Shown piece by piece: positions 50,101 through 64,000 of a DNA stretch of 64,000 bases (positions within the stretch are counted from its first letter, which is position 1; each line of letters starts with the position of its first letter). Source of the DNA: Lingula anatina. Lineage: Eukaryota > Animalia > Brachiopoda. The stretch covers positions 38,211,967 to 38,275,966 of the forward strand of contig CM120640.1 of the NCBI GenBank assembly GCA_051362555.1, read 5' to 3'. The translations under genes were made by a program, and so were the position numbers. Under the pieces are notes generated by a model, which saw only the letters and a list, made by a program, of their open reading frames with translations, was not told the origin of the DNA and made no database searches.

Positions 50101-53100
50101 ATAGTGTCAGGTAGGTGTGTTCGGTCATTTGTAGTAAGAATAAAGTGCTGGAAGAGTGGTGGTGTCATCATTAAGGAAGAAATAGAGCAAAAACTGTGTC
50201 TCCCCCCCCCCCCCCCCCTCTCAGATTCTGTTCTCAGAGCTCATTTTTGGATCATCTTTAAAGCTAGAATTGGGGGCCTTGATGAAGTGACCCGGGCGCG
50301 TTTCCACATTTTTTATGAATGACAGGTGTGGTAGATTGATTTTCGTCACTTTTTGGAAAAATCTGAGACGGGTCGATTTTTGGTGATTTTGAGTGATTTT
50401 GATCAGTGCCGGCACTGTGAGATTTCTTCAATTTTGGCCAGGTAGGGATGAAAAATTTTTTTCTTCGTTATAGTGTCAGGTAGGTGTGTTCGGTCATTTG
50501 TAGTAAGAATAAAGTGCTGGAAGAGTGGTGGTGTCATCATTAAGGAAGAAATAGAGCAAAAACTGTGTCTCCCCCCCCCCCCTCTCAGATTCTGTTCTCA
50601 GAGCTCATTTTTGGATCATCTTTAAAGCTAGAATTGGGGTCCTTGATGAAGTGACCCGGGCGCGTTTCCACATTTTTTATGAATGACAGGTGTGGTAGAT
50701 TGATTTTCGTCACTTTTTGGAAAAATCTGAGACGGGTCGATTTTTGGTGATTTTGAGTGATTTTGATCAGTGCCGGCACTGTGAGATTTCTTCAATTTTG
50801 GCCAGGTAGGTATGAAAAATTTTTTTCTTCGTTATAGTGTCAGGTAGGTGTGTTCGGTCATTTGTAGTAAGAATAAAGTGCTGGAAGAGTGGTGGTGTCA
50901 TCATTAAGGAAGAAATAGAGCAAAAACTGTGTCTCCCCCCCCCCTCTCAGATTCTGTTCTCAGAGCTCATTTTTGGATCATCTTTAAAGCTAGAATTGGG
51001 GGCCTTGATGAAGTGACCCGGGCGCGTTTCCACATTTTTTATGAATGACAGGTGTGGTAGATTGATTTTCGTCACTTTTTGGAAAAATCTGAGACGGGTC
51101 GATTTTTGGTGATTTTGAGTGATTTTGATCAGTGCCGGCACTGTGAGATTTCTTCAATTTTGGCCAGGTAGGGATGAAAAATTTTTTTCTTCGTTATAGT
51201 GTCAGGTAGGTGTGTTCGGATCATTTGTAGTAAGAATAAAGTGCTGGAAGAGTGGTGGTGTCATCATTAAGGAAGAAATAGAGCAAAAACTGTGTCTCCC
51301 CCCCCCCCCCCTCTCAGATTCTGTTCTCAGAGCTCATTTTTGGATCATCTTTAAAGCTAGAATTGGGGGCCTTGATGAAGTGACCCGGGCGCGTTTCCAC
51401 ATTTTTTATGAATGACAGGTGTGGTAGATTGATTTTCATCACTTTTTGGAAAAATCTGAGACGGGTCGATTTTTGGTGATTTTGAGTGATTTTGATCAGT
51501 GCCGGCACTGTGAGATTTCTTCAATATTGGCCAGGTAGGGATGAAAAATTTTTTTCTTCGTTATAGTGTCAGGTAGGTGTGTTCGGTCATTTGTAGTAAG
51601 AATAAAGTGCTGGAAGAGTGGTGGTGTCATCATTAAGGAAGAAATAGAGCAAAAACTGTGTCTCCCCCCCCCCCCTCTCAGATTCTGTTCTCAGAGCTCA
51701 TTTTTGGATCATCTTTAAAGCTAGAATTGGGGGCCTTGATGAAGTGACCCGGGCTGCGTTTCCACATTTTTTATGAATGACAGGTGTGGTAGATTGATTT
51801 TCGTCACTTTTTGGAAAAATCTGAGACGGGTCGATTTTTGGTCATTTTGAGTGATTTTGATCAGTGCCGGCACTGTGAGATTTCTTCAATTTTGGCCAGG
51901 TAGGGATGAAAAATTTTTTCTTCGTTATAGTGTCAGGTAGGTGTGTTCGGTCATTTGTAGTAAGAATAAAGTGCTGGAAGAGTGGTGGTGTCATCATTTA
52001 GGAAGAAATAGAGCAAAAACTGTGTCTCCCCCCCCCCCTCTCAGATTCTGTTCTCAGAGCTCATTTTTGGATCATTTTTAAAGCTAGAATTGGGGGCCTT
52101 GATGAAGTGACCCGGGCGCGTTTCCACATTTTTTATGAATGACAGGTGTGGTAGATTGATTTTCATCACTTTTTGGAAAAATCTGAGACGGGTCGATTTT
52201 TGGTGATTTTGAGTGATTTTGATCAGTGCCGGCACTGTGAGATTTCTTCAATTTTGGCCAGGTAGGGATGAAAAATTTTTTTCTTCGTTATAGTGTCAGG
52301 TAGGTGTGTTCGGTCATTTGTAGTAAGAATAAAGTGCTGGAAGAGTGGTGGTGTCATCATTAAGGAAGAAATAGAGCAAAAACTGTGTCTCCCCCCCCCC
52401 CTCTCAGATTCTGTTCTCAGAGCTGATTTTTGGATCATCTTTAAAGCTAGAATTGGGGGCCTTGATGAAGTGACCCGGGCGCGTTTCCACATTTTTTATG
52501 AATGACAGGTGTGGTAGATTGATTTTCGTCACTTTTTGGAAAAATCTGAGACGGGTCGATTTTTGGTGATTTTGAGTGATTTTGATCAGTGCCGGCACTT
52601 TGAGATTTCTTCAATTTTGGCCAGGTAGGGATGAAAAATTTTTTTCTTCGTTATAGTGTCAGGTAGGTGTGTTCGGTCATTTGTAGTAAGAATAAAGTGC
52701 TGGAAGAGTGGTGGTGTCATCATTAAGGAAGAAATAGAGCAAAAACTGTGTCTCCCCCCCCCCCTCTCAGATTCTGTTCTCAGAGCTCATTTTTGGATCA
52801 TCTTTAAAGCTAGAATTGGGGGCCTTGATGAAGTGACCCGGGCGCGTTTCCACATTTTTTATGAATGACAGGTGTGGTAGATTGATTTTCGTCACTTTTT
52901 GGAAAAATCTGAGACGGGTCGATTTTTGGTGATTTTGAGTGATTTTGATCAGTGCCGGCACTGTGAGATTTCTTCAATTTTGGCCAGGTAGGGATGAAAA
53001 ATTTTTTTCTTCGTTATAGTGTCAGGTAGGTGTGTTCGGTCATTTGTAGTAAGAATAAAGTGCTGGAAGAGTGGTGGTGTCATCATTAAGGAAGAAATAG

Positions 53101-56100
53101 AGCAAAAACTGTGTCTCCCCCCCCTCTCAGATTCTGTTCTCAGAGCTCATTTTTGGATCATCTTTAAAGCTAGAATTGGGGGCCTTGATGAAGTGACCCG
53201 GGCGCGTTTCCACATTTTTTATGAATGACAGGTGTGGTAGATTGATTTTCGTCACTTTTTGGAAAAATCTGAGACGGGTCGATTTTTGGTGATTTTGAGT
53301 GATTTTGATCAGTGCCGGCACTGTGAGATTTCTTCAATTTTGGCCAGGTAGGGATGAAAAATTTTTTCTTCGTTATAGTGTCAGGTAGGTGTGTTCGGTC
53401 ATTTGTAGTAAGAATAAAGTGCTGGAAGAGTGGTGGTGTCATCATTAAGGAAGAAATAGAGCAAAAACTGTGTCTCCCCCCCCCCCCCCCCCCCTTTCAG
53501 ATTCTGTTCTCAGAGCTCATTTTTGGATCATCTTTAAAGCTAGAATTGGGGGCCTTGATGAAGTGACCCGGGCGCGTTTCCACATTTTTTATGAATGACA
53601 GGTGTGGTAGATTGATTTTCGTCACTTTTTGGAAAAATCTGAGACGGGTCGATTTTTGGTGATTTTGAGTGATTTTGATCAGTGCCGGCACTGTGAGATT
53701 TCTTCAATTTTGGCCAGGTAGGGATGAAAAATTTTTTTCTTCGTTATAGTGTCAGGTAGGTGTGTTCGGTCATTTGTAGTAAGAATAAAGTGCTGGAAGA
53801 GTGGTGGTGTCATCATTAAGGAAGAAATAGAGCAAAAACTGTGTCTCCACCCCCCCTCTCAGATTCTGTTCTCAGAGCTCATTTTTGGATCATCTTTAAA
53901 GCTAGAATTGGGGGCCTTGATGAAGTGACCCGGGCGCGTTTCCACATTTTTTATGAATGACAGGTGTGGTAGATTGATTTTCGTCACTTTTTGGAAAAAT
54001 CTGAGACGGGTCGATTTTTGGTGATTTTGAGTGATTTTGATCAGTGCCGGCACTGTGAGATTTCTTCAATTTTGGCCAGGTAGGGATGAAAAATTTTTTT
54101 CTTCGTTATAGTGTCAGGTAGGTGTGTTCGGTCATTTGTAGTAAGAATAAAGTGCTGGAAGAGTGGTGGTGTCATCATTAAGGAAGAAATAGAGCAAAAA
54201 CTGTGTCTCCCCCCCCCCCCCTCTCAGATTCTGTTCTCAGAGCTCATTTTTGGATCATCTTTAAAGCTAGAATTGGGGGCCTTGATGAAGTGACCCGGGC
54301 GCGTTTCCACATTTTTTATGAATGACAGGTGTGGTAGATTGATTTTCGTCACTTTTTGGAAAAATCTGAGACGGGTCGATTTTTGGTCATTTTGAGTGAT
54401 TTTGATCAGTGCCGGCACTGTGAGATTTCTTCAATTTTGGCCAGGTAGGGATGAAAAATTTTTTTCTTCGTTATAGTGTCAGGTAGGTGTGTTCGGTCAT
54501 TTGTAGTAAGAATAAAGTGCTGGAAGAGTGGTGGTGTCATCATTAAGGAAGAAATAGAGCAAAAACTGTGTCTCCCCCCCCCCCCCTCTCAGATTCTGTT
54601 CTCAGAGCTCATTTTTGGATCATCTTTAAAGCTAGAATTGGGGGCCTTGATGAAGTGACCCGGGCGCGTTTCCACATTTTTTATGAATGACAGGTGTGGT
54701 AGATTGATTTTCGTCACTTTTTGGAAAAATCTGAGACGGGTCGATTTTTGGTGATTTTGAGTGATTTTGATCAGTGCCGGCACTGTGAGATTTCTTCAAT
54801 TTTGGCCAGGTAGGGATGAAAAATTTTTTTCTTCGTTATAGTGTCAGGTAGGTGTGTTCGGTCATTTGTAGTAAGAATAAAGTGCTGGAAGAGTGGTGGT
54901 GTCATCATTAAGGAAGAAATAGAGCAAAAACTGTGTCTCCCCCCCCCCCCTCTCAGATTCTGTTCTCAGAGCTCATTTTTGGATCATCTTTAAAGCTAGA
55001 ATTGGGGGCCTTGATGAAGTGACCCGGGCGCGTTTCCACATTTTTTATGAATGACAGGTGTGGTAGATTGATTTTCGTCACTTTTTGGAAAAATCTGAGA
55101 CGGGTCGATTTTTGGTGATTTTGAGTGATTTTGATCAGTGCCGGCACTGTGAGATTTCTTCAATTTTGGCCAGGTAGGGATGAAAAATTTTTTTCTTCGT
55201 TATAGTGTCAGGTAGGTGTGTTCGGTCATTTGTAGTAAGAATAAAGTGCTGGAAGAGTGGTGGTGTCATCATTAAGGAAGAAATAGAGCAAAAACTGTGT
55301 CTCCCCCCCCCCCCCCCTCTCAGATTCTGTTCTCAGAGCTCATTTTTGGATCATCTTTAAAGCTAGAATTGGGGGCCTTGATGAAGTGACCCGGGCGCGT
55401 TTCCACATTTTTTATGAATGACAGGTGTGGTAGATTGATTTTCGTCACTTTTTGGAAAAATCTGAGACGGGTCGATTTTTGGTGATTTTGAGTGATTTTG
55501 ATCAGTGCCGGCACTGTGAGATTTCTTCAATTTTGGCCAGGTAGGGATGAAAAATTTTTTTCTTCGTTATAGTGTCAGGTAGGTGTGTTCGGTCATTTGT
55601 AGTAAGAATAAAGTGCTGGAAGAGTGGTGGTGTCATCATTAAGGAAGAAATAGAGCAAAAACTGTGTCTCCCCCCCCCCCCCCTCTCAGATTCTGTTCTC
55701 AGAGCTCATTTTTGGATCATCTTTAAAGCTAGAATTGGGGGCCTTGATGAAGTGACCCGGGCGCGTTTCCACATTTTTTATGAATGACAGGTGTGGTAGA
55801 TTGATTTTCGTCACTTTTTGGAAAAATCTGAGACGGGTCGATTTTTGGTGATTTTGAGTGATTTTGATCAGTGCCGGCACTGTGAGATTTCTTCAATTTT
55901 GGCCAGGTAGGGATGAAAAATTTTTTTCTTCGTTATAGTGTCAGGTAGGTGTGTTCGGTCATTTGTAGTAAGAATAAAGTGCTGGAAGAGTGGTGGTGTC
56001 ATCATTAAGGAAGAAATAGAGCAAAAACTGTGTCTCCCCCCCCCCCCTCTCAGATTCTGTTCTCAGAGCTCATTTTTGGATCATCTTTAAAGCTAGAATT

Positions 56101-59100
56101 GGGGGCCTTGATGAAGTGACCCGGGCGCGTTTCCACATTTTTTATGAATGACAGGTGTGGTAGATTGATTTTCGTCACTTTTTGGAAAAATCTGAGACGG
56201 GTCGATTTTTGGTGATTTTGAGTGATTTTGATCAGTGCCGGCACTGTGAGATTTCTTCAATTTTGGCCAGGTAGGGATGAAAAATTTTTTTCTTCGTTAT
56301 AGTGTCAGGTAGGTGTGTTCGGTCATTTGTAGTAAGAATAAAGTGCTGGAAGAGTGGTGGTGTCATCATTAAGGAAGAAATAGAGCAAAAACTGTGTCTC
56401 CCCCCCCCCCCCCTCTCAGATTCTGTTCTCAGAGCTCATTTTTGATCATCTTTAAAGCTAGAATTGGGGGCCTTGATGAAGTGACCCGGGTGCGTTTCCA
56501 CATCTTTTATGAATGACAGGTGTGGTAGATTGATTTTCGTCACTTTTTGGAAAAATCTGAGACGGGTCGATTTTTGGTGATTTTGAGTGATTTTGATCAG
56601 TGCCAGCACTGTGAGATTTCTTCAATTTTGGCCAGGTAGGGATGAAAAATTTTTTCTTCGTTATAGTGTCAGGTAGGTGTGTTCGGTCATTTGTAGTAAG
56701 AATAAAGTGCTGGAAGAGTGGTGGTGTCATCATTAAGGAAGAAATAGAGCAAAAACTGTGTCTCCCCCCCCCCCCCCCCCCCCCCCTCTCAGATTCTGTT
56801 CTCAGAGCTCATTTTTGGATCATCTTTAAAGCTAGAATTGGGGGCCTTGATGAAGTGACCCCGGGCGCGTTTCCACATTTTTTATGAATGACAGGTGTGG
56901 TAGATTGATTTTCGTCACTTTTTGGAAAAATCTGAGACGGGTCGATTTTTGGTGATTTTGAGTGATTTTGATCAGTGCCGGCACTGTGAGATTTCTTCAA
57001 TTTTGGCCAGGTAGGGATGAAAAATTTTTTTCTTCGTTATAGTGTCAGGTAGGTGTGTTCGGTCATTTGTAGTAAGAATAAAGTGCTGGAAGAGTGGTGG
57101 TGTCATGATTAAGGAAGAAATAGAGCAAAAACTGTGTCTCCCCCCCCCCCCCCCTCTCAGATTCTGTTCTCAGAGCTCATTTTTGGATCATCTTTAAAGC
57201 TAGAATTGGGGGCCTTGATGAAGTGACCCGGGCGCGTTTCCACATTTTTTATGAATGACAGGTGTGGTAGATTGATTTTCGTCACTTTTTGGAAAAATCT
57301 GAGACGGGTCGATTTTTGGTGATTTTGAGTGATTTTGATCAGTGCCGGCACTGTGAGATTTCTTCAATTTTGGCCAGGTAGGGATGAAAAATTTTTTTCT
57401 TCGTTATAGTGTCAGGTAGGTGTGTTCGGTCATTTGTAGTAAGAATAAAGTGCTGGAAGAGTGGTGGTGTCATCATTAAGGAAGAAATAGAGCAAAAACT
57501 GTGTCTCCCCCCCCCCCTCTCAGATTCTGTTCTCAGAGCTCATTTTTGGATCATCATTAAAGCTAGAATTGGGGGCCTTGATGAAGTGACCCGGGCGCGT
57601 TTCCACATTTTTTATGAATGACAGGTGTGGTAGATTGATTTTCGTCACTTTTTGGAAAAATCTGAGACGGGTCGATTTTTGGTGATTTTGAGTGATTTTG
57701 ATCAGTGCCGGCACTGTGAGATTTCTTCAATTTTGGCCAGGTAGGGATGAAAAATTTTTTTCTTCGTTATAGTGTCAGGTAGGTGTGTTCGGTCATTTGT
57801 AGTAAGAATAAAGTGCTGGAAGAGTGGTGGTGTCATCATTAAGGAAGAAATAGAGCAAAAACTGTGTCTCCCCCCCCTCTCAGATTCTGTTCTCAGAGCT
57901 CATTTTTGGATCATCTTTAAAGCTAGAATTGGGGGCCTTGATGAAGTGACCCGGGCGCGTTTCCACATTTTTTATGAATGACAGGTGTGGTAGATTGATT
58001 TTCGTCACTTTTTGGAAAAATCTGAGACGGGTCGATTTTTGGTGATTTTGAGTGATTTTGATCAGTGCCGGCACTGTGAGATTTCTTCAATTTTGGCCAG
58101 GTAGGGATGAAAAATTTTTTTCTTCGTTATAGTGTCAGGTAGGTGTGTTCGGTCATTTGTAGTAAGAATAAAGTGCTGGAAGAGTGGTGGTGTCATCATT
58201 AAGGAAGAAATAGAGCAAAAACTGTGTCTCCCCCCCCCCCCTCTCAGATTCTGTTCTCAGAGCTCATTTTTGGATCATCTTTAAAGCTAGAATTGGGGGC
58301 CTTGATGAAGTGACCCGGGCGCGTTTCCACATTTTTTATGAATGACAGGTGTGGTAGATTGATTTTCGTCACTTTTTGGAAAAATCTGAGACGGGTCGAT
58401 TTTTGGTGATTTTGAGTGATTTTGATCAGTGCCGGCACTGTGAGATTTCTTCAATTTTGGCCAGGTAGGGATGAAAAATTTTTTTCTTCGTTATAGTGTC
58501 AGGTAGGTGTGTTCGGTCATTTGTAGTAAGAATAAAGTGCTGGAAGAGTGGTGGTGTCATCATTAAGGAAGAAATAGAGCAAAAACTGTGTCTCCCCCCC
58601 CCCCCTCTCAGATTCTGTTCTCAGAGCTCATTTTTGGATCATCTTTAAAGCTAGAATTGGGGGCCTTGATGAAGTGACCCGGGTGCGTTTCCACATCTTT
58701 TATGAATGACAGGTGTGGTAGATTGATTTTCGTCACTTTTTGGAAAAATCTGAGACGGGTCGATTTTTGGTGATTTTGAGTGATTTTGATCAGTGCCAGC
58801 ACTGTGAGATTTCTTCAATTTTGGCCAGGTAGGGATGAAAAATTTTTTTCTTCGTTATAGTGTCAGGTAGGTGTGTTCGGTCATTTGTAGTAAGAATAAA
58901 GTGCTGGAAGAGTGGTGGTGTCATCATTAAGGAAGAAATAGAGCAAAAACTGTGTCTCCCCCCCCCCCCCCCCCCCTCTCAGATTCTGTTCTCAGAGCTC
59001 ATTTTTGGATCATCTTTAAAGCTAGAATTGGGGGCCTTGATGAAGTGACCCGGGCGCGTTTCCACATTTTTTATGAATGACAGGTGTGGTAGATTGATTT

Positions 59101-62100
59101 TCGTCACTTTTTGGAAAAATCTGAGACGGGTCGATTTTTGGTGATTTTGAGTGATTTTGATCAGTGCCGGCACTGTGAGATTTCTTCAATTTTGGCCAGG
59201 TAGGGATGAAAAATTTTTTTCTTCGTTATAGTGTCAGGTAGGTGTGTTCGGTCATTTGTAGTAAGAATAAAGTGCTGGAAGAGTGGTGGTGTCATCATTA
59301 AGGAAGAAATAGAGCAAAAACTGTGTCTCCCCCCCCCCCCCCCCCTCTCAGATTCTGTTCTCAGAGCTCATTTTTGGATCATCTTTAAAGCTAGAATTGG
59401 GGGCCTTGATGAAGTGACCCGGGCGCGTTTCCACATTTTTTATGAATGACAGGTGTGGTAGATTGATTTTCGTCACTTTTTGGAAAAATCTGAGACGGGT
59501 CGATTTTTGGTGATTTTGAGTGATTTTGATCAGTGCCGGCACTGTGAGATTTCTTCAATTTTGGCCAGGTAGGGATGAAAAATTTTTTTCTTCGTTATAG
59601 TGTCAGGTAGGTGTGTTCGGTCATTTGTAGTAAGAATAAAGTGCTGGAAGAGTGGTGGTGTCATCATTAAGGAAGAAATAGAGCAAAAACTGTGTCTCCC
59701 CCCCCCCCCCTCTCAGATTCTGTTCTCAGAGCTCATTTTTGGATCATCATTAAAGCTAGAATTGGGGGCCTTGATGAAGTGACCCGGGCGCGTTTCCACA
59801 TTTTTTATGAATGACAGGTGTGGTAGATTGATTTTCGTCACTTTTTGGAAAAATCTGAGACGGGTCGATTTTTGGTGATTTTGAGTGATTTTGATCAGTG
59901 CCGGCACTGTGAGATTTCTTCAATTTTGGCCAGGTAGGGATGAAAAATTTTTTTCTTCGTTATAGTGTCAGGTAGGTGTGTTCGGTCATTTGTAGTAAGA
60001 ATAAAGTGCTGGAAGAGTGGTGGTGTCATCATTAAGGAAGAAATAGAGCAAAAACTGTGTCTCCCCCCCCCCCCCCTCTCAGATTCTGTTCTCAGAGCTC
60101 ATTTTTGGATCATCATTAAAGCTAGAATTGGGGGCCTTGATGAAGTGACCCGGGCGCGTTTCCACATTTTTTATGAATGACAGGTGTGGTAGATTGATTT
60201 TCGTCACTTTTTGGAAAAATCTGAGACGGGTCGATTTTTGGTGATTTTGAGTGATTTTGATCAGTGCCGGCACTGTGAGATTTCTTCAATTTTGGCCAGG
60301 TAGGGATGAAAAATTTTTTTCTTCGTTATAGTGTCAGGTAGGTGTGTTCGGTCATTTGTAGTAAGAATAAAGTGCTGGAAGAGTGGTGGTGTCATCATTA
60401 AGGAAGAAATAGAGCAAAAACTGTGTCTCCCCCCCCCTCTCAGATTCTGTTCTCAGAGCTCATTTTTGGATCATCTTTAAAGCTAGAATTGGGGGCCTTG
60501 ATGAAGTGACCCGGGCGCGTTTCCACATTTTTTATGAATGACAGGTGTGGTAGATTGATTTTCGTCACTTTTTGGAAAAATCTGAGACGGGTCGATTTTT
60601 GGTGATTTTGAGTGATTTTGATCAGTGCCGGCACTGTGAGATTTCTTCAATTTTGGCCAGGTAGGGATGAAAAATTTTTTTCTTCGTTATAGTGTCAGGT
60701 AGGTGTGTTCGGTCATTTGTAGTAAGAATAAAGTGCTGGAAGAGTGGTGGTGTCATCATTAAGGAAGAAATAGAGCAAAAACTGTGTCTCCCCCCCCCCC
60801 CCCTCTCAGATTCTGTTCTCAGAGCTCATTTTTGGATCATCTTTAAAGCTAGAATTGGGGGCCTTGATGAAGTGACCCGGGCGCGTTTCCACATTTTTTA
60901 TGAATGACAGGTGTGGTAGATTGATTTTCGTCACTTTTTGGAAAAATCTGAGACGGGTCGATTTTTGGTGATTTTGAGTGATTTTGATCAGTGCCGGCAC
61001 TGTGAGATTTCTTCAATTTTGGCCAGGTAGGGATGAAAAATTTTTTTCTTCGTTTTAGTGTCAGGTAGGTGTGTTCGGTCATTTGTAGTAAGAATAAAGT
61101 GCTGGAAGAGTGGTGGTGTCATCATTAAGGAAGAAATAGAGCAAAAACTGTGTCTCCCCCCCCCCTCTCAGATTCTGTTCTCAGAGCTCATTTTTGGATC
61201 ATCTTTAAAGCTAGAATTGGGGGCCTTGATGAAGTGACCCGGGCGCGTTTCCACATTTTTTATGAATGACAGGTGTGGTAGATTGATTTTCGTCACTTTT
61301 TGGAAAAATCTGAGACGGGTCGATTTTTGGTGATTTTGAGTGATTTTGATCAGTGCCGGCACTGTGAGATTTCTTCAATTTTGGCCAGGTAGGGATGAAA
61401 AATTTTTTTCTTCGTTATAGTGTCAGGTAGGTGTGTTCGGTCATTTGTAGTAAGAATAAAGTGCTGGAAGAGTGGTGGTGTCATCATTAATTAAGAAATA
61501 GAGCAAAAACTGTGTCTCCCCCCCCCCTCTCAGATTCTGTTCTCAGAGCTCATTGTTGGATCATCTTTAAAGCTAGAATTGGGGGCCTTGATGAAGTGAC
61601 CCGGGCGCGTTTCCACATTTTTTATGAATGACAGGTGTGGTAGATTGATTTTCGTCACTTTTTGGAAAAATCTGAGACGGGTCGATTTTTGGTGATTTTG
61701 AGTGATTTTGATCAGTGCCGGCACTGTGAGATTTCTTCAATTTTGGCCAGGTTGGGATGAAAAATTTTTTTCTTCGTTATAGTGTCAGGTAGGTGTGTTC
61801 GGTCATTTGTAGTAAGAATAAAGTGCTGGAAGAGTGGTGGTGTCATCATTAAGGAAGAAATAGAGCAAAAACTGTGTCTTCCCCCCCCCCCCCTCTCAGA
61901 TTCTCTTCTTAGAGCTCATTTTTGGATCATCTTTAAAGCTAGAATTGGGGGCCTTGATGAAGTGACCCGGGCGCGTTTCCACATTTTTTATGAATGACAG
62001 GTGTGGTAGATTGATTTTCGTCACTTTTTGGAAAAATCTGAGACGGGTCGATTTTTGGTGATTTTGAGTGATTTTGATCAGTGCCGGCACTGTGAGATTT

Positions 62101-64000
62101 CTTCAATTTTGGCCAGGTAGGGATGAAAAATTTTTTTCTTCGTTATAGTGTCAGGTAGGTGTGTTCGGTCATTTGTAGTAAGAATAAAGTGCTGGAAGAG
62201 TGGTGGTGTCATCATTAAGGAAGAAATAGAGCAAAAACTGTGTCTCCCCCCCCCCCCCTCTCAGATTCTGTTCTCAGAGCTCATTTTTGGATCATCTTTA
62301 AAGCTAGAATTGGGGGCCTTGATGAAGTGACCCGGGCGCGTTTCCACATTTTTTATGAATGACAGGTGTGGTAGATTGATTTTCGTCACTTTTTGGAAAA
62401 ATCTGAGACGGGTCAATTTTTGGTGATTTTGAGTGATTTTGATCAGTGCCGGCACTGTGAGATTTCTTCAATTTTGGCCAGGTAGGGATGAAAAATTTTT
62501 TTCTTCGTTATAGTGTCAGGTAGGTGTGTTCGGTCATTTGTAGTAAGAATAAAGTGCTGGAAGAGTGGTGGTGTCATCATTAAGGAAGAAATAGAGCAAA
62601 AACTGTGTCTCCCCCCCCCCCTCTCAGATTCTGTTCTCAGAGCTCATTTTTGGATCATCTTTAAAGCTAGAATTGGGAGCCTTGATGAAGTGACCCGGGC
62701 GCGTTTCCACATTTTTTATGAATGACAGGTGTGGTAGATTGATTTTCGTCACTTTTTGGAAAAATCTGAGACGGGTCGATTTTTGGTGATTTTGAGTAAT
62801 TTTGATCAGTGCCGGCACTGTGAGATTTCTTCAATTTTGGCCAGGTATGGATGAAAAATTTTTTTCTTCGTTATAGTGTCAGGTAGGTGTGTTCGGTCAT
62901 TTGTAGTAAGAATAAAGTGCTGGAAGAGTGGTGGTGTCATCATTAATTAAGAAATAGAGCAAAAACTGTGTCTCCCCCCCCCCCCTCTCAGATTCTGTTC
63001 TCAGAGCTCATTGTTGGATCATCTTTAAAGCTAGAATTGGGGGCCTTGATGAAGTGACCCGGGCGCGTTTCCACATTTTTTATGAATGACAGGTGTGGTA
63101 GATTGATTTTCGTCACTTTTTGGAAAAATCTGAGACGGGTCGATTTTTGGTGATTTTGAGTGATTTTGATCAGTGCCGGCACTGTGAGATTTCTTCAATT
63201 TTGGCCAGGTAGGGATGAAAAATTTTTTTCTTCGTTATAGTGTCAGGTAGGTGTGTTCGGTCATTTGTAGTAAGAATAAAGTGCTGGAAGAGTGGTGGTG
63301 TCATCATTAAGGAAGAAATAGAGCAAAAACTGTGTCTCCCCCCCCCCCCCTCTCAGATTCTGTTCTCAGAGCTCATTTTTGGATCATCTTTAAAGCTAGA
63401 ATTGGGGGCCTTGATGAAGTGACCCGGGCGCGTTTCCACATTTTTTATGAATGACAGGTGTGGTAGATTGATTTTCGTCACTTTTTGGAAAAATCTGAGA
63501 CGGGTCGATTTTTGGTGATTTTGAGTGATTTTGATCAGTGCCGGCACTGTGAGATTTCTTCAATTTTGGCCAGGTAGGGATGAAAAATTTTTTTCTTCGT
63601 TATAGTGTCAGGTAGGTGTGTTCGGTCATTTGTAGTAAGAATAAAGTGCTGGAAGAGTGGTGGTGTCATCATTAAGGAAGAAATAGAGCAAAAACTGTGT
63701 CTCCCCCCCCCCCCTCTCAGATTCTGTTCTCAGAGCTCATTTTTGGATCATCTTTAAAGCTAGAATTGGGGGCCTTGATGAAGTGACCCGGGCGCGTTTC
63801 CACATTTTTTATGAATGACAGGTGTGGTAGATTGATTTTCGTCACTTTTTGGAAAAATCTGAGACGGGTCGATTTTTGGTGATTTTGAGTGATTTTGATC
63901 AGTGCCGGCACTGTGAGATTTCTTCAATTTTGGCCAGGTAGGGATGAAAAATTTTTTTCTTCGTTATAGTGTCAGGTAGGTGTGTTCGGTCATTTGTAGT
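47166..64000. repeat. Satellite DNA array (right), same ~363-bp monomer and orientation, ~46 copies, runs off the window end
   Basis: Starts abruptly at ...GTGA|TTGGCCAGGTAGGGATG (47166). The monomer matches the left-array consensus. Confidence 0.99.

Noticed and set aside
270-63911. More than 100 near-identical 64-aa minus-strand ORFs (MPALIKITQNH...) and 60-72-aa plus-strand ORFs (MSGRCVRSF...) as a tandem gene array
   Set aside because: They are translations of the satellite monomer: GTG starts in a eukaryotic context, frames that shift with poly-C length, freely occurring nonsense and frameshift variants, and no recognisable domain.

Overview
This is eukaryotic (metazoan, probably marine-invertebrate-like) heterochromatic DNA with no intact host gene. 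About 70% of the window is one AT-rich satellite with a ~363-bp monomer, in two co-oriented arrays (1-~28200, ~77 monomers; ~47166-64000, ~46 monomers). The many repeated 60-95 aa ORFs in the track are translations of this monomer. Between the arrays lies a ~19-kb island of decayed mobile DNA: two convergent DIRS-order tyrosine-recombinase retrotransposon remnants, a spliced DDE transposase remnant (Kolobok/Mutator-like), a CR1/L2-type LINE 3' fragment, several CAGGGGCGGATCCAG-type MITEs, Helentron/HINE-like pieces, a 34-bp minisatellite, a 200-bp triplicate and simple repeats. The most notable structure concerns the satellite: older shared variants on both island-facing edges, local 2-, 4-, 5- and 6-monomer duplications, an amplified deletion monomer, CpG decay, and a diverged 184-bp dimer in the island that resembles the satellite. 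All identifications come from reading motifs by eye; no searches were run. I found no convincing new protein-coding system. The best hypothesis is a (peri)centromeric transposon island embedded in a satellite array.
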